A stretch of DNA of 64,000 nt from an uncultured delta proteobacterium (GCA_963782055.1 CAWAIF010000003.1:2304001-2368000); one strand, 5' to 3'; positions 18,748 to 28,417 are shown, counted from the first letter of the stretch. Translations and numbers: made by a program. Notes: generated by a model from the letters alone, not told the origin.

Positions 18748-19911
18748 ATGTACCAGGCAGACGCACTCCCGCGGCGCGCGCTGCTCGGTCTGCAGGTGGG
18801 CGCCGAGGCGCGCGTGGAGCGCGTGGTCGACGGCGGCGCGGCGCGCGCGGCGGGCGTGCTCCAGGGCGATCGCATCCTGACGGTCGACGGCGCGGCGGTG
18901 CACGACGCGCGGCAGCTCACCGCGGCAGCGCGCGGCGTCCGCGCCGGGGCTAGCGTCGCCTTTCGCGTGGAGCGGGACGGTGCGGCTCGCGCGCTCTCCG
19001 GGATCGCGCCTCCGTACCCGGTCGAGGAGGGCGTGCTCCTCGGCCACGTCACCTCACGCGGGGCCCGGCTGCGAACCTTCTACGCCATCCCGCGCGACGG
19101 GGAGAAGCTCCCGGCGGTGCTCTACCTGCAGGGCGTCCGGACGGAGTCGGTGGAGTCGCCGTTCGATCCGGCGAGCCCCACGCGCGCCCTGGTGTCTGCG
19201 CTGGTGGCGGCGGGCTTCGTCGTCATGCGCGTGGAGCGAAGCGGCGTGGGCGACAGCGAGGGACCGACCCCGCGCGAGACCGGCCTCGCCGCGGAGATGG
19301 ACGCCTACCGCGCCGCGCTCGCGGATCTGCGCGCCTTCGACGAGGTGGATCCCGACCGCATCCTGCTCTTCGGTCACAGCTTCGGTGGCATGGTCGCGCC
19401 GCTGCTGGCGCGCGAGACGGCCGTCGCCGGGATCGCCGTGTTCGGCACCTCCGCGCGGCGCTGGCACGACGCCATGCTGGGCACCACCCGTCGCCAGCGC
19501 GAGCGCGGCGAGGAGGAGATGGCGCGGTGGGAGGAGCTCTTCGACCGCGTGCATCGCGACGGGCTCACGCCAGCTCGCGCCTTCGAGCTTCACCCGCACC
19601 TGCGCGTCTTGCGCTCGCGCGACTGCGAGGGCGAGACCATGTACGGGCGGCACGTCTCCCTGTTCCAGGAGCTGGACGGCGCGGACCTGCAGGACGCGTG
19701 GCGCGGCGTGAAGACGCCTGTGGTCGCGATGCACGGCGAGCACGACTGGATCTGCACCGCGGAGGACGCCGGTGCGGTGGCCGCGCTCTCCGGCGGTCGC
19801 CACGTGGAGCTGGACGGCACCTCGCACGATCTCACGCGCGACGGCGCGTTCGACCCGCGGATCGCTCAGACGACGACGGCGCTGCAGCCACCGGGGAACA
19901 CGCAGCCGTAA
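18748..19911 (+). CDS. PDZ + alpha/beta-hydrolase protein
   Basis: PDZ-like AARAAGVLQGDRILTVDG; SGVGDSEG, GHSFGG nucleophile elbow, HGEHD, SH. Confidence 0.85.
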   Translation: MYQADALPRRALLGLQVGAEARVERVVDGGAARAAGVLQGDRILTVDGAAVHDARQLTAAARGVRAGASVAFRVERDGAARALSGIAPPYPVEEGVLLGHVTSRGARLRTFYAIPRDGEKLPAVLYLQGVRTESVESPFDPASPTRALVSALVAAGFVVMRVERSGVGDSEGPTPRETGLAAEMDAYRAALADLRAFDEVDPDRILLFGHSFGGMVAPLLARETAVAGIAVFGTSARRWHDAMLGTTRRQRERGEEEMARWEELFDRVHRDGLTPARAFELHPHLRVLRSRDCEGETMYGRHVSLFQELDGADLQDAWRGVKTPVVAMHGEHDWICTAEDAGAVAALSGGRHVELDGTSHDLTRDGAFDPRIAQTTTALQPPGNTQP

Positions 19912-20306
19912 GGCGGCGGCGGCGGACCCCAGCCGTCGTCCTCCACCACGTCGGCGGAGGCGTCGCTGCCTCCGGCGTCGGCGGTCGCGTCGCTCGCGGC
20001 GTCCGCCTGGGCCATGCCGTCATCGGCGGCGTCCTTGGCCGCGCCGTCCCTGGCGTTGCCGTCGGTGGAGCTGCCGTCGGTCGAGGCGTCGGTGCCGGTC
20101 GTCGTGTCGCCGCCGCAGGCGACGGCCACGCCCATCGTCGTGGCGAGGGCCGCGGCGTGGAGGGCATACAGCTTCGCGCGGGAGAGACCGCGGGGGGCAC
20201 GGGGGGCCGGCTTCGCGGCGGGCGCGGCGGCGGCGCAGAAGGGGCAGCGCGCTTCGCCCGGGCGGAAGTGACGCTCGCAGGCGGCACAAAGCAGGAGGTC
20301 AGTCAT
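19866..20306 (-). CDS. Zinc-ribbon/lipoprotein-like protein with C-terminal PPPPP-YG; candidate radical SAM substrate
   Basis: CAAC..HF.....CPFC, LSRA, hydrophobic stretch ending VAVA-C, Asp/Ala/Gly linker, GWGPPPPPYGC; start overlaps the rSAM stop. Confidence 0.8.
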   Translation of the reverse strand: MTDLLLCAACERHFRPGEARCPFCAAAAPAAKPAPRAPRGLSRAKLYALHAAALATTMGVAVACGGDTTTGTDASTDGSSTDGNARDGAAKDAADDGMAQADAASDATADAGGSDASADVVEDDGWGPPPPPYGCVFPGGCSAVVV

Positions 20307-21585
20307 CGGCAGAGTCTACCTCGACCACGAGCTCCCATCGAGCGCGATCGAAGGGCAAACCGGGCGCCTCCTCCACCCGCGCCACCCGCTCGCGCTTGCC
20401 CTCGCGCTTCATCTCCAGGGCGCGGTGGTGGCAGTACGGGTTGTTGCCCGGCTTGCCAAAGAGCGCGGTGGTCATCCAGGTGCACCCCGCGCGGCACTCC
20501 TCCGCGTAGTAGCACCCGGCGCAGAAGCCCCAGAGCTCGCGGGTGGTGCGATCGCGCATGTGGCGCAGGGGCGCGCTGCGCTCCCAGATCGCGCGCAGGG
20601 TGTGCTCGCGCACGTTGCCGCCCACCCACGAGTCGGTCGGGAGCGAGGGGCAGCCCTTGACGTCGCCGTTGGACTCGATGCCCAGCGTGGTGAGCCCCGC
20701 CGCGCACGAGCGCCGGTAGCCGCTGCGGCAGTAGCTGCGCAGCACGTGCTCGTACGGACCGAAGTAGCCCACGTTGTTGCCCGCGAGCATGGTGACGGAC
20801 CGCGCGTCGCAGCGCTTCTTCAGCTCGGCGAGCAGCGGAAAGAGGTCGAGCAGATCGTACGGCTGCAGGATGACGTCCGGCTCGTCCGCGGCGCGGCCGA
20901 CCGGCACGGTGAGCTGGATCTGCCAGCCGTGGCACCCCTCGCGCGAGAGCACGTCGAAGACGTGATTCAGGTGCGGCGCGCTCAGGCGGTTGACCTGCGT
21001 GTTGACCGCGATCGCGATGCCCGCCTCGCGGCAGTGCCGGAGCGCGGCCACGGCGGCGGCGTACGAGCCGGGCGAGGCGCGCAGCCTGTCGTGCGTCGCC
21101 TCGTCGCCGTCGATGGAGACCGCGACGCTCTGCACGCCTGCGGCCGCGGCGGCCTCCGCGCGCGCCCGCGTGAGGCCGCGCCCCCCGGTCACCATGGTGC
21201 TGGTCATCCCCAGCCTGCGGATCTCGGCGATGACGTCCAGCCACCCGTCGTGAAGGTAGGCCTCGCCGCCGATGAGGGTGATCTCCTGCACGCCCAGCTC
21301 GTGCATCTGCCGCACCAGGTCGACGGCCTCGTCGGTGGTGAGCTCGTCCGGCCGCGCGCGTCCGGCCCGCGATCCACAGTGCCGGCACGAGAGGTCGCAG
21401 GCGAGCGTCAGCTCCCACACCGCGTAGTTGGGCCGCGCCGCGCGATCGATCGCGCGTGTCTCGCCGGCGAGGGGCAACCGCACCTGCGTGCGCGCCTCCT
21501 CCAGCACCGGCAGGGCGCGCCGCGGACGCGGGGCGCGCATGAGCGCTTCGCGCGCGCGCTCGTCCAGGGGCTCTGCGCGCGGCAT
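20299..21585 (-). CDS. Radical SAM/SPASM maturase, PlpX/TIGR03913-like (putative splicease)
   Basis: VWELTLACDLSCRHCGSRAG (CxxxCxxC), GGE, SIDG, GNNVGYFGPYE, SPASM C-x-GIESNGDVKGCPSL...WGFCAGCYYAEECRAGC...GNNPYCHHRAL. Confidence 0.85.
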   Translation of the reverse strand: MPRAEPLDERAREALMRAPRPRRALPVLEEARTQVRLPLAGETRAIDRAARPNYAVWELTLACDLSCRHCGSRAGRARPDELTTDEAVDLVRQMHELGVQEITLIGGEAYLHDGWLDVIAEIRRLGMTSTMVTGGRGLTRARAEAAAAAGVQSVAVSIDGDEATHDRLRASPGSYAAAVAALRHCREAGIAIAVNTQVNRLSAPHLNHVFDVLSREGCHGWQIQLTVPVGRAADEPDVILQPYDLLDLFPLLAELKKRCDARSVTMLAGNNVGYFGPYEHVLRSYCRSGYRRSCAAGLTTLGIESNGDVKGCPSLPTDSWVGGNVREHTLRAIWERSAPLRHMRDRTTRELWGFCAGCYYAEECRAGCTWMTTALFGKPGNNPYCHHRALEMKREGKRERVARVEEAPGLPFDRARWELVVEVDSADD

Positions 21586-21701
21586 TCGCGGAGTATACCA
21601 GCGCCGGGCGGTGCGCGCGGGACTGCGACGTTCTGCCGCGGCGTCGCGCACCTGGAGTGCGAGGCGGCGATTGTCCCGCCGGATTGTCGTACTCTCCGCG
21701 C

Positions 21702-22238
21702 ATGAGACGAGGGTTTCTCTTCGGTGTCGGCGCCACCATCCTGGCTCTGATCGTCGGCGCGTGGGTCACGGTGGCGTTCGGGCTCATGCCGGCCAACGCC
21801 GACGCGAAGCCCCCCGGCCTGGAGGCGTGGGCGGCGAAGAAGTCGCTCCACGCCACCATCGCCCGCGAAGCACCGAAGGGGGACAACAAGGTCCCTCTCA
21901 CCGACGCGAACCTCATGGCCGGGGAGAAGCTGTACATGCAGAACTGCGCCGTCTGCCACGGCGGCTCCGACGGATCGCCCTCCGTCATCGCGCGCGGGCT
22001 CTACCAGGAGGCGCCGCAGCTCGCGAAGGACGGCGTGGAGGACGATCCGGCGGGCGTGACGTACTGGAAGATCGCCCACGGCATCCGCTTCACCGCGATG
22101 CCCAGCTTCGGCCGCGCGCTGACCGACGAGCAGGTGTGGCAGCTCACGCTCTTCGTCTCGCACATGGACAAGCTGCCGCCGGCGGTGGACACGGTGTGGC
22201 GGCAGGCGCCGGGCACGCCGGCCGCGCCCGCGCCCTGA
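21702..22238 (+). CDS. Monoheme c-type cytochrome
   Basis: N-terminal TM helix, NCAVCHG, GIRFTAMPSF (axial Met). Confidence 0.9.
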   Translation: MRRGFLFGVGATILALIVGAWVTVAFGLMPANADAKPPGLEAWAAKKSLHATIAREAPKGDNKVPLTDANLMAGEKLYMQNCAVCHGGSDGSPSVIARGLYQEAPQLAKDGVEDDPAGVTYWKIAHGIRFTAMPSFGRALTDEQVWQLTLFVSHMDKLPPAVDTVWRQAPGTPAAPAP

Positions 22239-22361
22239 CCGGTTGCGTGCGAAGGGCCAGAGCTGCGGCACGCCATCGCTTGTAACCCCATGTAATGCGC
22301 GTCCCGGCCGCGGCCGCGTACAATCGTGCTGGGTTCACCTTTCTTGCGCGAGGAGATCCGC

Positions 22362-23492
22362 ATGAAGCTGCGCTGGCTGGTCGGGATCGTCGGGCCGCTG
22401 CTGCCCCTCTTGTACGTGGCGTGCAGCACTCATGACGCCAGCTTCGACGGCGGGACGGCATCGCCGGATGCCGGTGACGACGTGGACTACCCCGACGTGT
22501 CGCAGGTGCTCCCGGACGCCGGCCCTCCCGACAGCTCGACGGACGACGGCCCCTACTGTCCTCCGGCACCGCAGGGCGACGGCGGGCTGGGCGTGCTCCT
22601 CGCGGCCCCCTTCCAGAAGGACTACGCGCTCTACGATCTCGGGGCGCCTCCGGGAGTTCCGGACCCGCTCGGGGGCTGCACCATCGACTGGAAGGACGAC
22701 AACACCCTCCTCATCGTCGGTCACTCCGAGGACCCTGCCACCGCCATCTACTCCATCAAGATCAAGCGGGACGCGTGCGGTCACATCATCGGCTGGGACG
22801 GCACGGCGACGCAGGTCGCCACCGCGCCCTACGCCGACGCCAACCTCGTCTATCTGGGGTCGGCGGTGGACGGCGGCTCGTCGGGCAACCTGCTGGTCTA
22901 CTCGGAGTGGCCCAACGCCGGGATGGGCCAGCTCCTGCCGGGTGGCACGTCACCGGCGCGTGAGACCGACCTCTCCGCGCTCGGCCTGATCGCGCAGGGA
23001 TCGCTGGGCGGCCTGGGCGTCGTGCCGGCGGGCTTCACGGGGGCGGGTCAGCTGCGCGGCCTCACTTATCCCGTCTACGGGAGCGTCAGCGAGTGGCACC
23101 ACATCCAGATCGGCGCCGACGGTCAGCTGGTGAAGGTGGGGACGGTCACGCCGACGCTGAAGCTCTGCGACGGGTGCGGGTCCGGCGGCTTCGCCTACGT
23201 GCCGGCGGGCTCGCCGGACTTCCCCAAGGAGAGCGTGCTCGTCGCGGAGTGGGACTACGCCAACCTGACGCGCGTCTCCGGCTACAATGTCGACACCAAC
23301 GGCGATCCCGTGGTCGCCACCCGCTTCGACTTCCTCACGCAGTTCAAGAGCCCCTACGGCGCGTACTTCGACCGGGTGAGCGGCGACTACGTCTTCGTCC
23401 AGTGGCAGTTCACCTCCGAGAACCTGGCCGACCACGTGCTCGTCGTGCGCGGGTTCAACAAGCCGCCGCCGCCTCCGCCGCCGCCGAACTGA
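22362..23492 (+). CDS. Beta-rich (possible propeller) lipoprotein with poly-Pro C-terminus
   Basis: GAGGAG upstream; YVA-C lipobox; ends KPPPPPPPPN. Confidence 0.75.
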   Translation: MKLRWLVGIVGPLLPLLYVACSTHDASFDGGTASPDAGDDVDYPDVSQVLPDAGPPDSSTDDGPYCPPAPQGDGGLGVLLAAPFQKDYALYDLGAPPGVPDPLGGCTIDWKDDNTLLIVGHSEDPATAIYSIKIKRDACGHIIGWDGTATQVATAPYADANLVYLGSAVDGGSSGNLLVYSEWPNAGMGQLLPGGTSPARETDLSALGLIAQGSLGGLGVVPAGFTGAGQLRGLTYPVYGSVSEWHHIQIGADGQLVKVGTVTPTLKLCDGCGSGGFAYVPAGSPDFPKESVLVAEWDYANLTRVSGYNVDTNGDPVVATRFDFLTQFKSPYGAYFDRVSGDYVFVQWQFTSENLADHVLVVRGFNKPPPPPPPPN

Positions 23493-23609
23493 ACACCGTC
23501 GCGCCGCCAGGGGCGCCCCGGAAGGCTCGCGGCTCGCGGAAAAGCGCGCTTGAATCGCGCACTCACCGTGCGTTGCTATTCACGCCTGCATATGTATCCT
23601 GGCTGCAGC

Positions 23610-24569
23610 ATGCTGCACGTTCTTCGGATCACGCTCGCGGCACTGCTCCTGGGGGGGTGCGTCGGGGATACGCCCAACGGCGACGACGCTTCGACCAATG
23701 GCAATGTCGCTGCCGAAGCGGCCGTGGACGCGTCGGACGACGTCGCGTTCGACGCCGCACCGGAGATCGGGGACGCGGCGTCGTGTACGCCGGACGCGAA
23801 TTTCTGCATCGGCGATCTGCTCCAGAAGTGCAACGCGCAGGGAACGGCGTCGTCCCTCGTGACCGATTGCACGACGCTCGGCGAGAAGTGCGTGAACGCC
23901 GAGTGCGAACTCGACGGCCTCGTGGCGCACTGGAAATTCGACGAAGGCACGGGCACCGTGGCGAAGGACTCGTCCTCGACGCACGCCGACGCGACGGTGA
24001 TCGGCGCGACCTGGACGGTCGGCAAGTACGGCGGCGCGCTCTCGTTCTCCGGCAGCGGTACCTACGTCGACGCGGGCGATGTGCTCAACAATCTGACCCT
24101 TCCCATCACAGCGATGATGTGGGTCAACATGCCCGACAACGGCAACGGCGGATTCGGGCTGTTTTCGTCGGACGACGGCAGCACCAACACTGCGGGGTGG
24201 TCCGTTCAGACCGCGTTCGGGCCCGCCGATGGAGGGCTGGCCAACGGGCTCGTGTTCGCCAGGTACGGCGACGACACGTGCAACTGTCTCGCGGGCCGCC
24301 GCGTGGGAGCCGGACCGATACTCGGCACGGGCAAGTGGCAGCACCTGGCGTTCGTCATCCAGGGCCCGAGCAACATGACCTTCTACCGCGACGGCGTTGG
24401 CCTCTCGGCCACCTCGTACAGCGGCACGGGCGGCACGATGAAGTCCAACGCCAGCCCCTTTCGGATCGGCGTCGACGGCGCCGGGTACTTCGTCGGCTCG
24501 ATCGACGACGTGCGCGTCTACAGCCGCGCCCTGTCGCAGACCGAGATCCAGACCGCGATGGCGAACTGA
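23610..24569 (+). CDS. LamG/concanavalin-like domain lipoprotein
   Basis: LLGG-CVGD; LVAHWKFDEG.G..A.DSS, GKYGGAL.F, WQHLAFV, F.GSIDDVRVYSRALS. Confidence 0.9.
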   Translation: MLHVLRITLAALLLGGCVGDTPNGDDASTNGNVAAEAAVDASDDVAFDAAPEIGDAASCTPDANFCIGDLLQKCNAQGTASSLVTDCTTLGEKCVNAECELDGLVAHWKFDEGTGTVAKDSSSTHADATVIGATWTVGKYGGALSFSGSGTYVDAGDVLNNLTLPITAMMWVNMPDNGNGGFGLFSSDDGSTNTAGWSVQTAFGPADGGLANGLVFARYGDDTCNCLAGRRVGAGPILGTGKWQHLAFVIQGPSNMTFYRDGVGLSATSYSGTGGTMKSNASPFRIGVDGAGYFVGSIDDVRVYSRALSQTEIQTAMAN

Positions 24570-24864
24570 CGCTCCTCGCACCTTCGCGGTGGACGCGCAG
24601 AAGTGCCGGTGTGCGAGGGACGCATGAAGCGCGCCGGGATGGTGCAGGAGCCGCGCGGCATCCAAGAGGGTTCTCGAGGGGCCCGGCGAGCCGCACGAGG
24701 TCCCGCCGCCCGGGGCCCGCGCTCCGCCCCACGATCGGCAAGCGCCGTCATCCGCCGCACACGAATCGGCGGAACGACGAGGCGAGACGCGCCCGGTGGG
24801 GGGGGTGCGTCTCTGGGCGCGCTGCTTGCAATCCCCGCCCGCGCCGACCACTCTCCCGCTCGCG

Positions 24865-25623
24865 ATGAAGTCGCCTACCCTCGCTCTCGCCGCCAGACAC
24901 GTCCGCGCGGGTTGCGGCGTGCTGCTCATGGTCGGGTGCGGTGGTGGGAGCGGCCCTCCACCTGCGTCGCCTGCGGCCACAGAGGTGCGCCTGCCCGTCG
25001 CGCCTGCACCTTCGGCCTCGTCCGCGAAGCCGGCCGTCGCCGCGTGCCCGGCCCCCGCCGGCGCCGTCTCCGGGACGGAGCCGGACGATGCCTGCGGCGA
25101 CGCGCAGGCGTGCGAGCGCGCCTGTGACGCGGGCGGCGCCCCGGCGTGCGTGACCGCAGGCAACATGGACGCGGTGACAGACCACCCGGACCGTGGCAAG
25201 GAGCTGCGGCTCTACGAGCGCGCGTGTCGTCTGGGCAACGTGCTCGGGTGCACCAACTATGGTGCGACGGTGCGCCTGCAGCGCCACGACCCGTCGAGCC
25301 TCGCGTGCGCCGCCAGGCTCTTCGGGCTCGCATGCGCCGCCAGCGAGGCGGAGGGTTGCGCCATGGCCGGTGCGGCGTATGCCCGGGGCGAAGGCGTCCC
25401 GCAAGATCGCTCCAGGGCGCTGGAGGCGCTCCTCAGAGGCTGCGACAGCGCGCTCGACCAACCCGACGGCGTGGCGACGGCGTGCGAGTACCTGGTGGGC
25501 GTCCTGCAGACCGTGCCGTCGAATCCGCTCGTGTCGCAGGCCATCGACCGAGCGACCCGCATCGGGTGCCGCGCCGGCTCCGCGAAGCTGTGCGCCGCGC
25601 CGGGAAGCAGCGCGCCGCCGTGA
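24865..25623 (+). CDS. Sel1-like repeat lipoprotein
   Basis: LMVG-C; repeats YERACRLG...GC.N.G and AC......GC..AG..Y..GEGVPQD..RA. Confidence 0.85.
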   Translation: MKSPTLALAARHVRAGCGVLLMVGCGGGSGPPPASPAATEVRLPVAPAPSASSAKPAVAACPAPAGAVSGTEPDDACGDAQACERACDAGGAPACVTAGNMDAVTDHPDRGKELRLYERACRLGNVLGCTNYGATVRLQRHDPSSLACAARLFGLACAASEAEGCAMAGAAYARGEGVPQDRSRALEALLRGCDSALDQPDGVATACEYLVGVLQTVPSNPLVSQAIDRATRIGCRAGSAKLCAAPGSSAPP

Positions 25624-25641
25624 CGTGTGGTCGTGGCCGTG

Positions 25642-27327
25642 TCAGAGGTTCATCCAGAAGGTGAATTGCTGCGCCTCGTCGCTCGACGAGCATGTCGCGA
25701 CGTCGAGCGCGGCGCCATCGCGGGAGAGACAGCGGCTCTGGTCGAAGTGCTGGACGCGACCGCGCAGGGCCCACATCTGCTCCACCGTGTCGTCGCAGTT
25801 GCCGACCACGACGCTCGCGCTGGCCCCCGCGTCGGCGCCGCCGTCGAGCGACAGACAGCGCGGCGTCGCCGTCGCCACCGCGCTCACGAAGCCCCCGCGC
25901 CCGTCGTCCCAGCGCTGGCCCGCGCTGCCGTCGCACACCTGGAGCGTCACCTTCGTGCCCTTCGCCGCGCTCCCGGCGTCGACGCACCAGCCGTCGACGC
26001 GGAGCTCGCCCGTCCGCGGCCTGTAGTCGAACCGCTGATTCGCCGCGCCGTGACATGGCCACTGGATCAGGTGCTTGCCCGCGCCGTAGTCCGCGGCGGG
26101 GACATCGAGGCAGTAGCCGGTGTTCCCGTTGACGACCTCCTCGTTGCGAAAGCGCCAGATCTGATCGCTGCCATCGCACGACTGCTGTCTCACCGCCGCC
26201 CCCGACTCCGTCGCGTCCGGTTGGACGCACTCGTCACTGCCGTAGTTCTCGAGGTAGCGGTCCTTCGTCATGAACCAGTTCTGTCTCGCGTTGGTCTTGC
26301 TGCAGGTCGCCATCTGCAGGGCGACGCCGTCGACGTTCGACGGGGGCTCGGCGCAGCGGCCGCCGTTCTGCAGCGTGCCGGTCCACCACCACTTCGCGTA
26401 CGGCCCCGACGCGGCACCCTTGCACGCGCCGGCGTCGCACGTCGCTCCGGCGCCGCAGCCACCGCAGCTCAGCGCCTTGCCGCAGTTGTCGCTCGCGCTC
26501 ACCGGGCCGCACGCGAGGCCGAGCTGCGCGCACGTCTTGGGGGAGCAGCTCTTCACCTGACACGTCGACCACTGATGGTTCGACTGGCACGTCTTCGTGG
26601 CCCCGCCGCCGCAGCCGGCCGTGGTCTTCTCTCCGATGTCGGAGCAGACGTTCTTGGCGCGAATCAAGCAGTGGAAACCGAGCCCGTAGCGGCCTTCGAT
26701 GGTCCCGTTCGCGTACCTGGTGTGGTCCTCGACGAGCAGCTCGGTGCGATCGGTCCAGATGGCGTTCTGCTGGTAGAACCACACCTTCGACGTGGCGCTG
26801 TCGTAGGAGGAGACCACGACCGTGTGACCGTGGAAGACGATCACGTCGCCCGACTCCGGCTCCGGGACGTGCGAGCCCTGCGTGTACACGTCGAAGTTGG
26901 GGTTGCCGCCGTACTGGTTCGCCCCGCACATCGTGCCCGTGTAGATGTGGTTGCCGATGTCGTACTTCGCGCCCATCGCGCGGAAGTGTCGCATCACCAG
27001 ATCGGTGCACTCGAAGGCGCGCCCGGTGGTGGCCTTGGCGCCGTTGCAGGTGTCGCCGTTCGAGCAGCAAGCGTGCCCGGTCGAGTTCTTCGGGCCGTTG
27101 GACAGCACCTCGGTGCCCCAGAACGCGTGACCGGTGTCGGTCCCGCACTTGCCGACGCCCTTGCAGACGACGGCCCCCTTGTACGTGCCGCTGGTGGGGG
27201 TGAAGCATCCGCTCGCCTTCAGGGGCGAGCCGGATTGCCCGGGACTCGGGTCGCTCTCCACGGCACACCCCGCCATGACGATGGCGAAACCCAGGACCAC
27301 GGAGGCGATCTTCTTCGAGGAGGACAT
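25642..27327 (-). CDS. Lipoprotein with CHAP-like domain, Cys-rich linker and two ricin-B lectin domains
   Basis: MAG-C; FECTDLVMRHF, P..GDVIVFHGHTVVV, FYQQN; CSPKTCAQLG..CG...DNCG..LSCGGC; many CLDV / Q.W motifs. Confidence 0.8.
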   Translation of the reverse strand: MSSSKKIASVVLGFAIVMAGCAVESDPSPGQSGSPLKASGCFTPTSGTYKGAVVCKGVGKCGTDTGHAFWGTEVLSNGPKNSTGHACCSNGDTCNGAKATTGRAFECTDLVMRHFRAMGAKYDIGNHIYTGTMCGANQYGGNPNFDVYTQGSHVPEPESGDVIVFHGHTVVVSSYDSATSKVWFYQQNAIWTDRTELLVEDHTRYANGTIEGRYGLGFHCLIRAKNVCSDIGEKTTAGCGGGATKTCQSNHQWSTCQVKSCSPKTCAQLGLACGPVSASDNCGKALSCGGCGAGATCDAGACKGAASGPYAKWWWTGTLQNGGRCAEPPSNVDGVALQMATCSKTNARQNWFMTKDRYLENYGSDECVQPDATESGAAVRQQSCDGSDQIWRFRNEEVVNGNTGYCLDVPAADYGAGKHLIQWPCHGAANQRFDYRPRTGELRVDGWCVDAGSAAKGTKVTLQVCDGSAGQRWDDGRGGFVSAVATATPRCLSLDGGADAGASASVVVGNCDDTVEQMWALRGRVQHFDQSRCLSRDGAALDVATCSSSDEAQQFTFWMNL

Positions 27328-27400
27328 GAGCGGACCCTACACGCCGCGGACCCGACGGTCCTTGCCCGGGGGCGCCAATCTCTTGCCCGTGGACGCGCGA

Positions 27401-28417
27401 TCACGTCTTTGGCGGGCGCGCGCGCCGGAACTCGGTCGGCGAGACTCCGCGCCAGCGCTTGAACGCCCGCGTGAACGCCGCCGGCCCGTTGAAGCCCACC
27501 GAGAAGGCGATCTCCTGCATCGAGAGCGCCCCCGCTTCGAGCTCGCGGACGGCGTGCTCCTCGCGCATCCGGTCGATGAGACGCTGGTAGGTCAGTCCTT
27601 GCTCGCCGAGCGCGCGCTGCAACGTCCGTTCACCGACGCCCAGTCGCGTCGCGAGCGTCGCGAGCGAGAGGCTGGAGTCGGAGAGGAGGTCCGGGATCAG
27701 CCGGCGCGCCCGGTCGAGCAAGTCGCGCTCCGACGGGACACGCGCGAGCAGATCGTCCGCGTGACGCCGCACAAGCCGGTGCAGCGCGAAGTTCGCCGAC
27801 ACGAGCGGGAGCGACAGCAGCTCCGCGCCGAAGACGAACTCGCCGACGGGTTGGGCGAACTCGACCGGGCACCCGAAGAGCGCCTCGTGCTCGCGCGCGT
27901 CGCTCGGCGCGCTCCGCATCAGGCGAACGACGCGAGGGTGGAAGTCCCCGGTCGTGGCGGCGCGGAAGCGCTTGAACGCTCCGGAGAAGAAGTAGTCCCA
28001 CGCGTGGACGAGCGGCTCGACCCAGCTCGGGGCGATCCAGTGCTGGAAGCGCGCGACGCCGCCGTCCACGACCAGCCCGATGCGCCAGATGTCGGTGATG
28101 ACGCGGTAGTACCGTTCGACGGCGCGACAGCCGTCACCCAGCGTCGGCGCGGTGAGAAAGAGGTAGTCGAGCACGTCGTAGCTCCCGAGCTCCGCGTGCT
28201 GCCCCGCGTGGAGGCCGAAGAAGGGATCGCCGCTCATCTCCGGCGCGAGGCCCCACGCCTGGGCGAGCACGACGGTGGGAATCGACGTGTCGATCTCGAG
28301 CTGGGCGGACGTCACCCCGACGCGTGAGCAGAGCTCGCCGGGGGCGACCCCCAGGGCCTTCGCGGAGCGCGTGAGCGCACGCAGCAGAACCATCGCGCTC
28401 GAGCCGGGTGCACGCAT
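27401..28417 (-). CDS. AraC family transcriptional regulator
   Basis: GDPFFGL..G, FGCPVEF; HTH LATRLGVGERTLQR...IAFSVGF...AFTRAFKRWRGVSP. Confidence 0.92.
   Translation of the reverse strand: MRAPGSSAMVLLRALTRSAKALGVAPGELCSRVGVTSAQLEIDTSIPTVVLAQAWGLAPEMSGDPFFGLHAGQHAELGSYDVLDYLFLTAPTLGDGCRAVERYYRVITDIWRIGLVVDGGVARFQHWIAPSWVEPLVHAWDYFFSGAFKRFRAATTGDFHPRVVRLMRSAPSDAREHEALFGCPVEFAQPVGEFVFGAELLSLPLVSANFALHRLVRRHADDLLARVPSERDLLDRARRLIPDLLSDSSLSLATLATRLGVGERTLQRALGEQGLTYQRLIDRMREEHAVRELEAGALSMQEIAFSVGFNGPAAFTRAFKRWRGVSPTEFRRARPPKT

Noticed and set aside
20299..22238. Radical SAM as heme d1/Ahb enzyme serving the adjacent cytochrome c
   Set aside because: No other nir/ahb genes, the cytochrome is divergent, and the overlap with a YG ORF fits a peptide/protein maturase better
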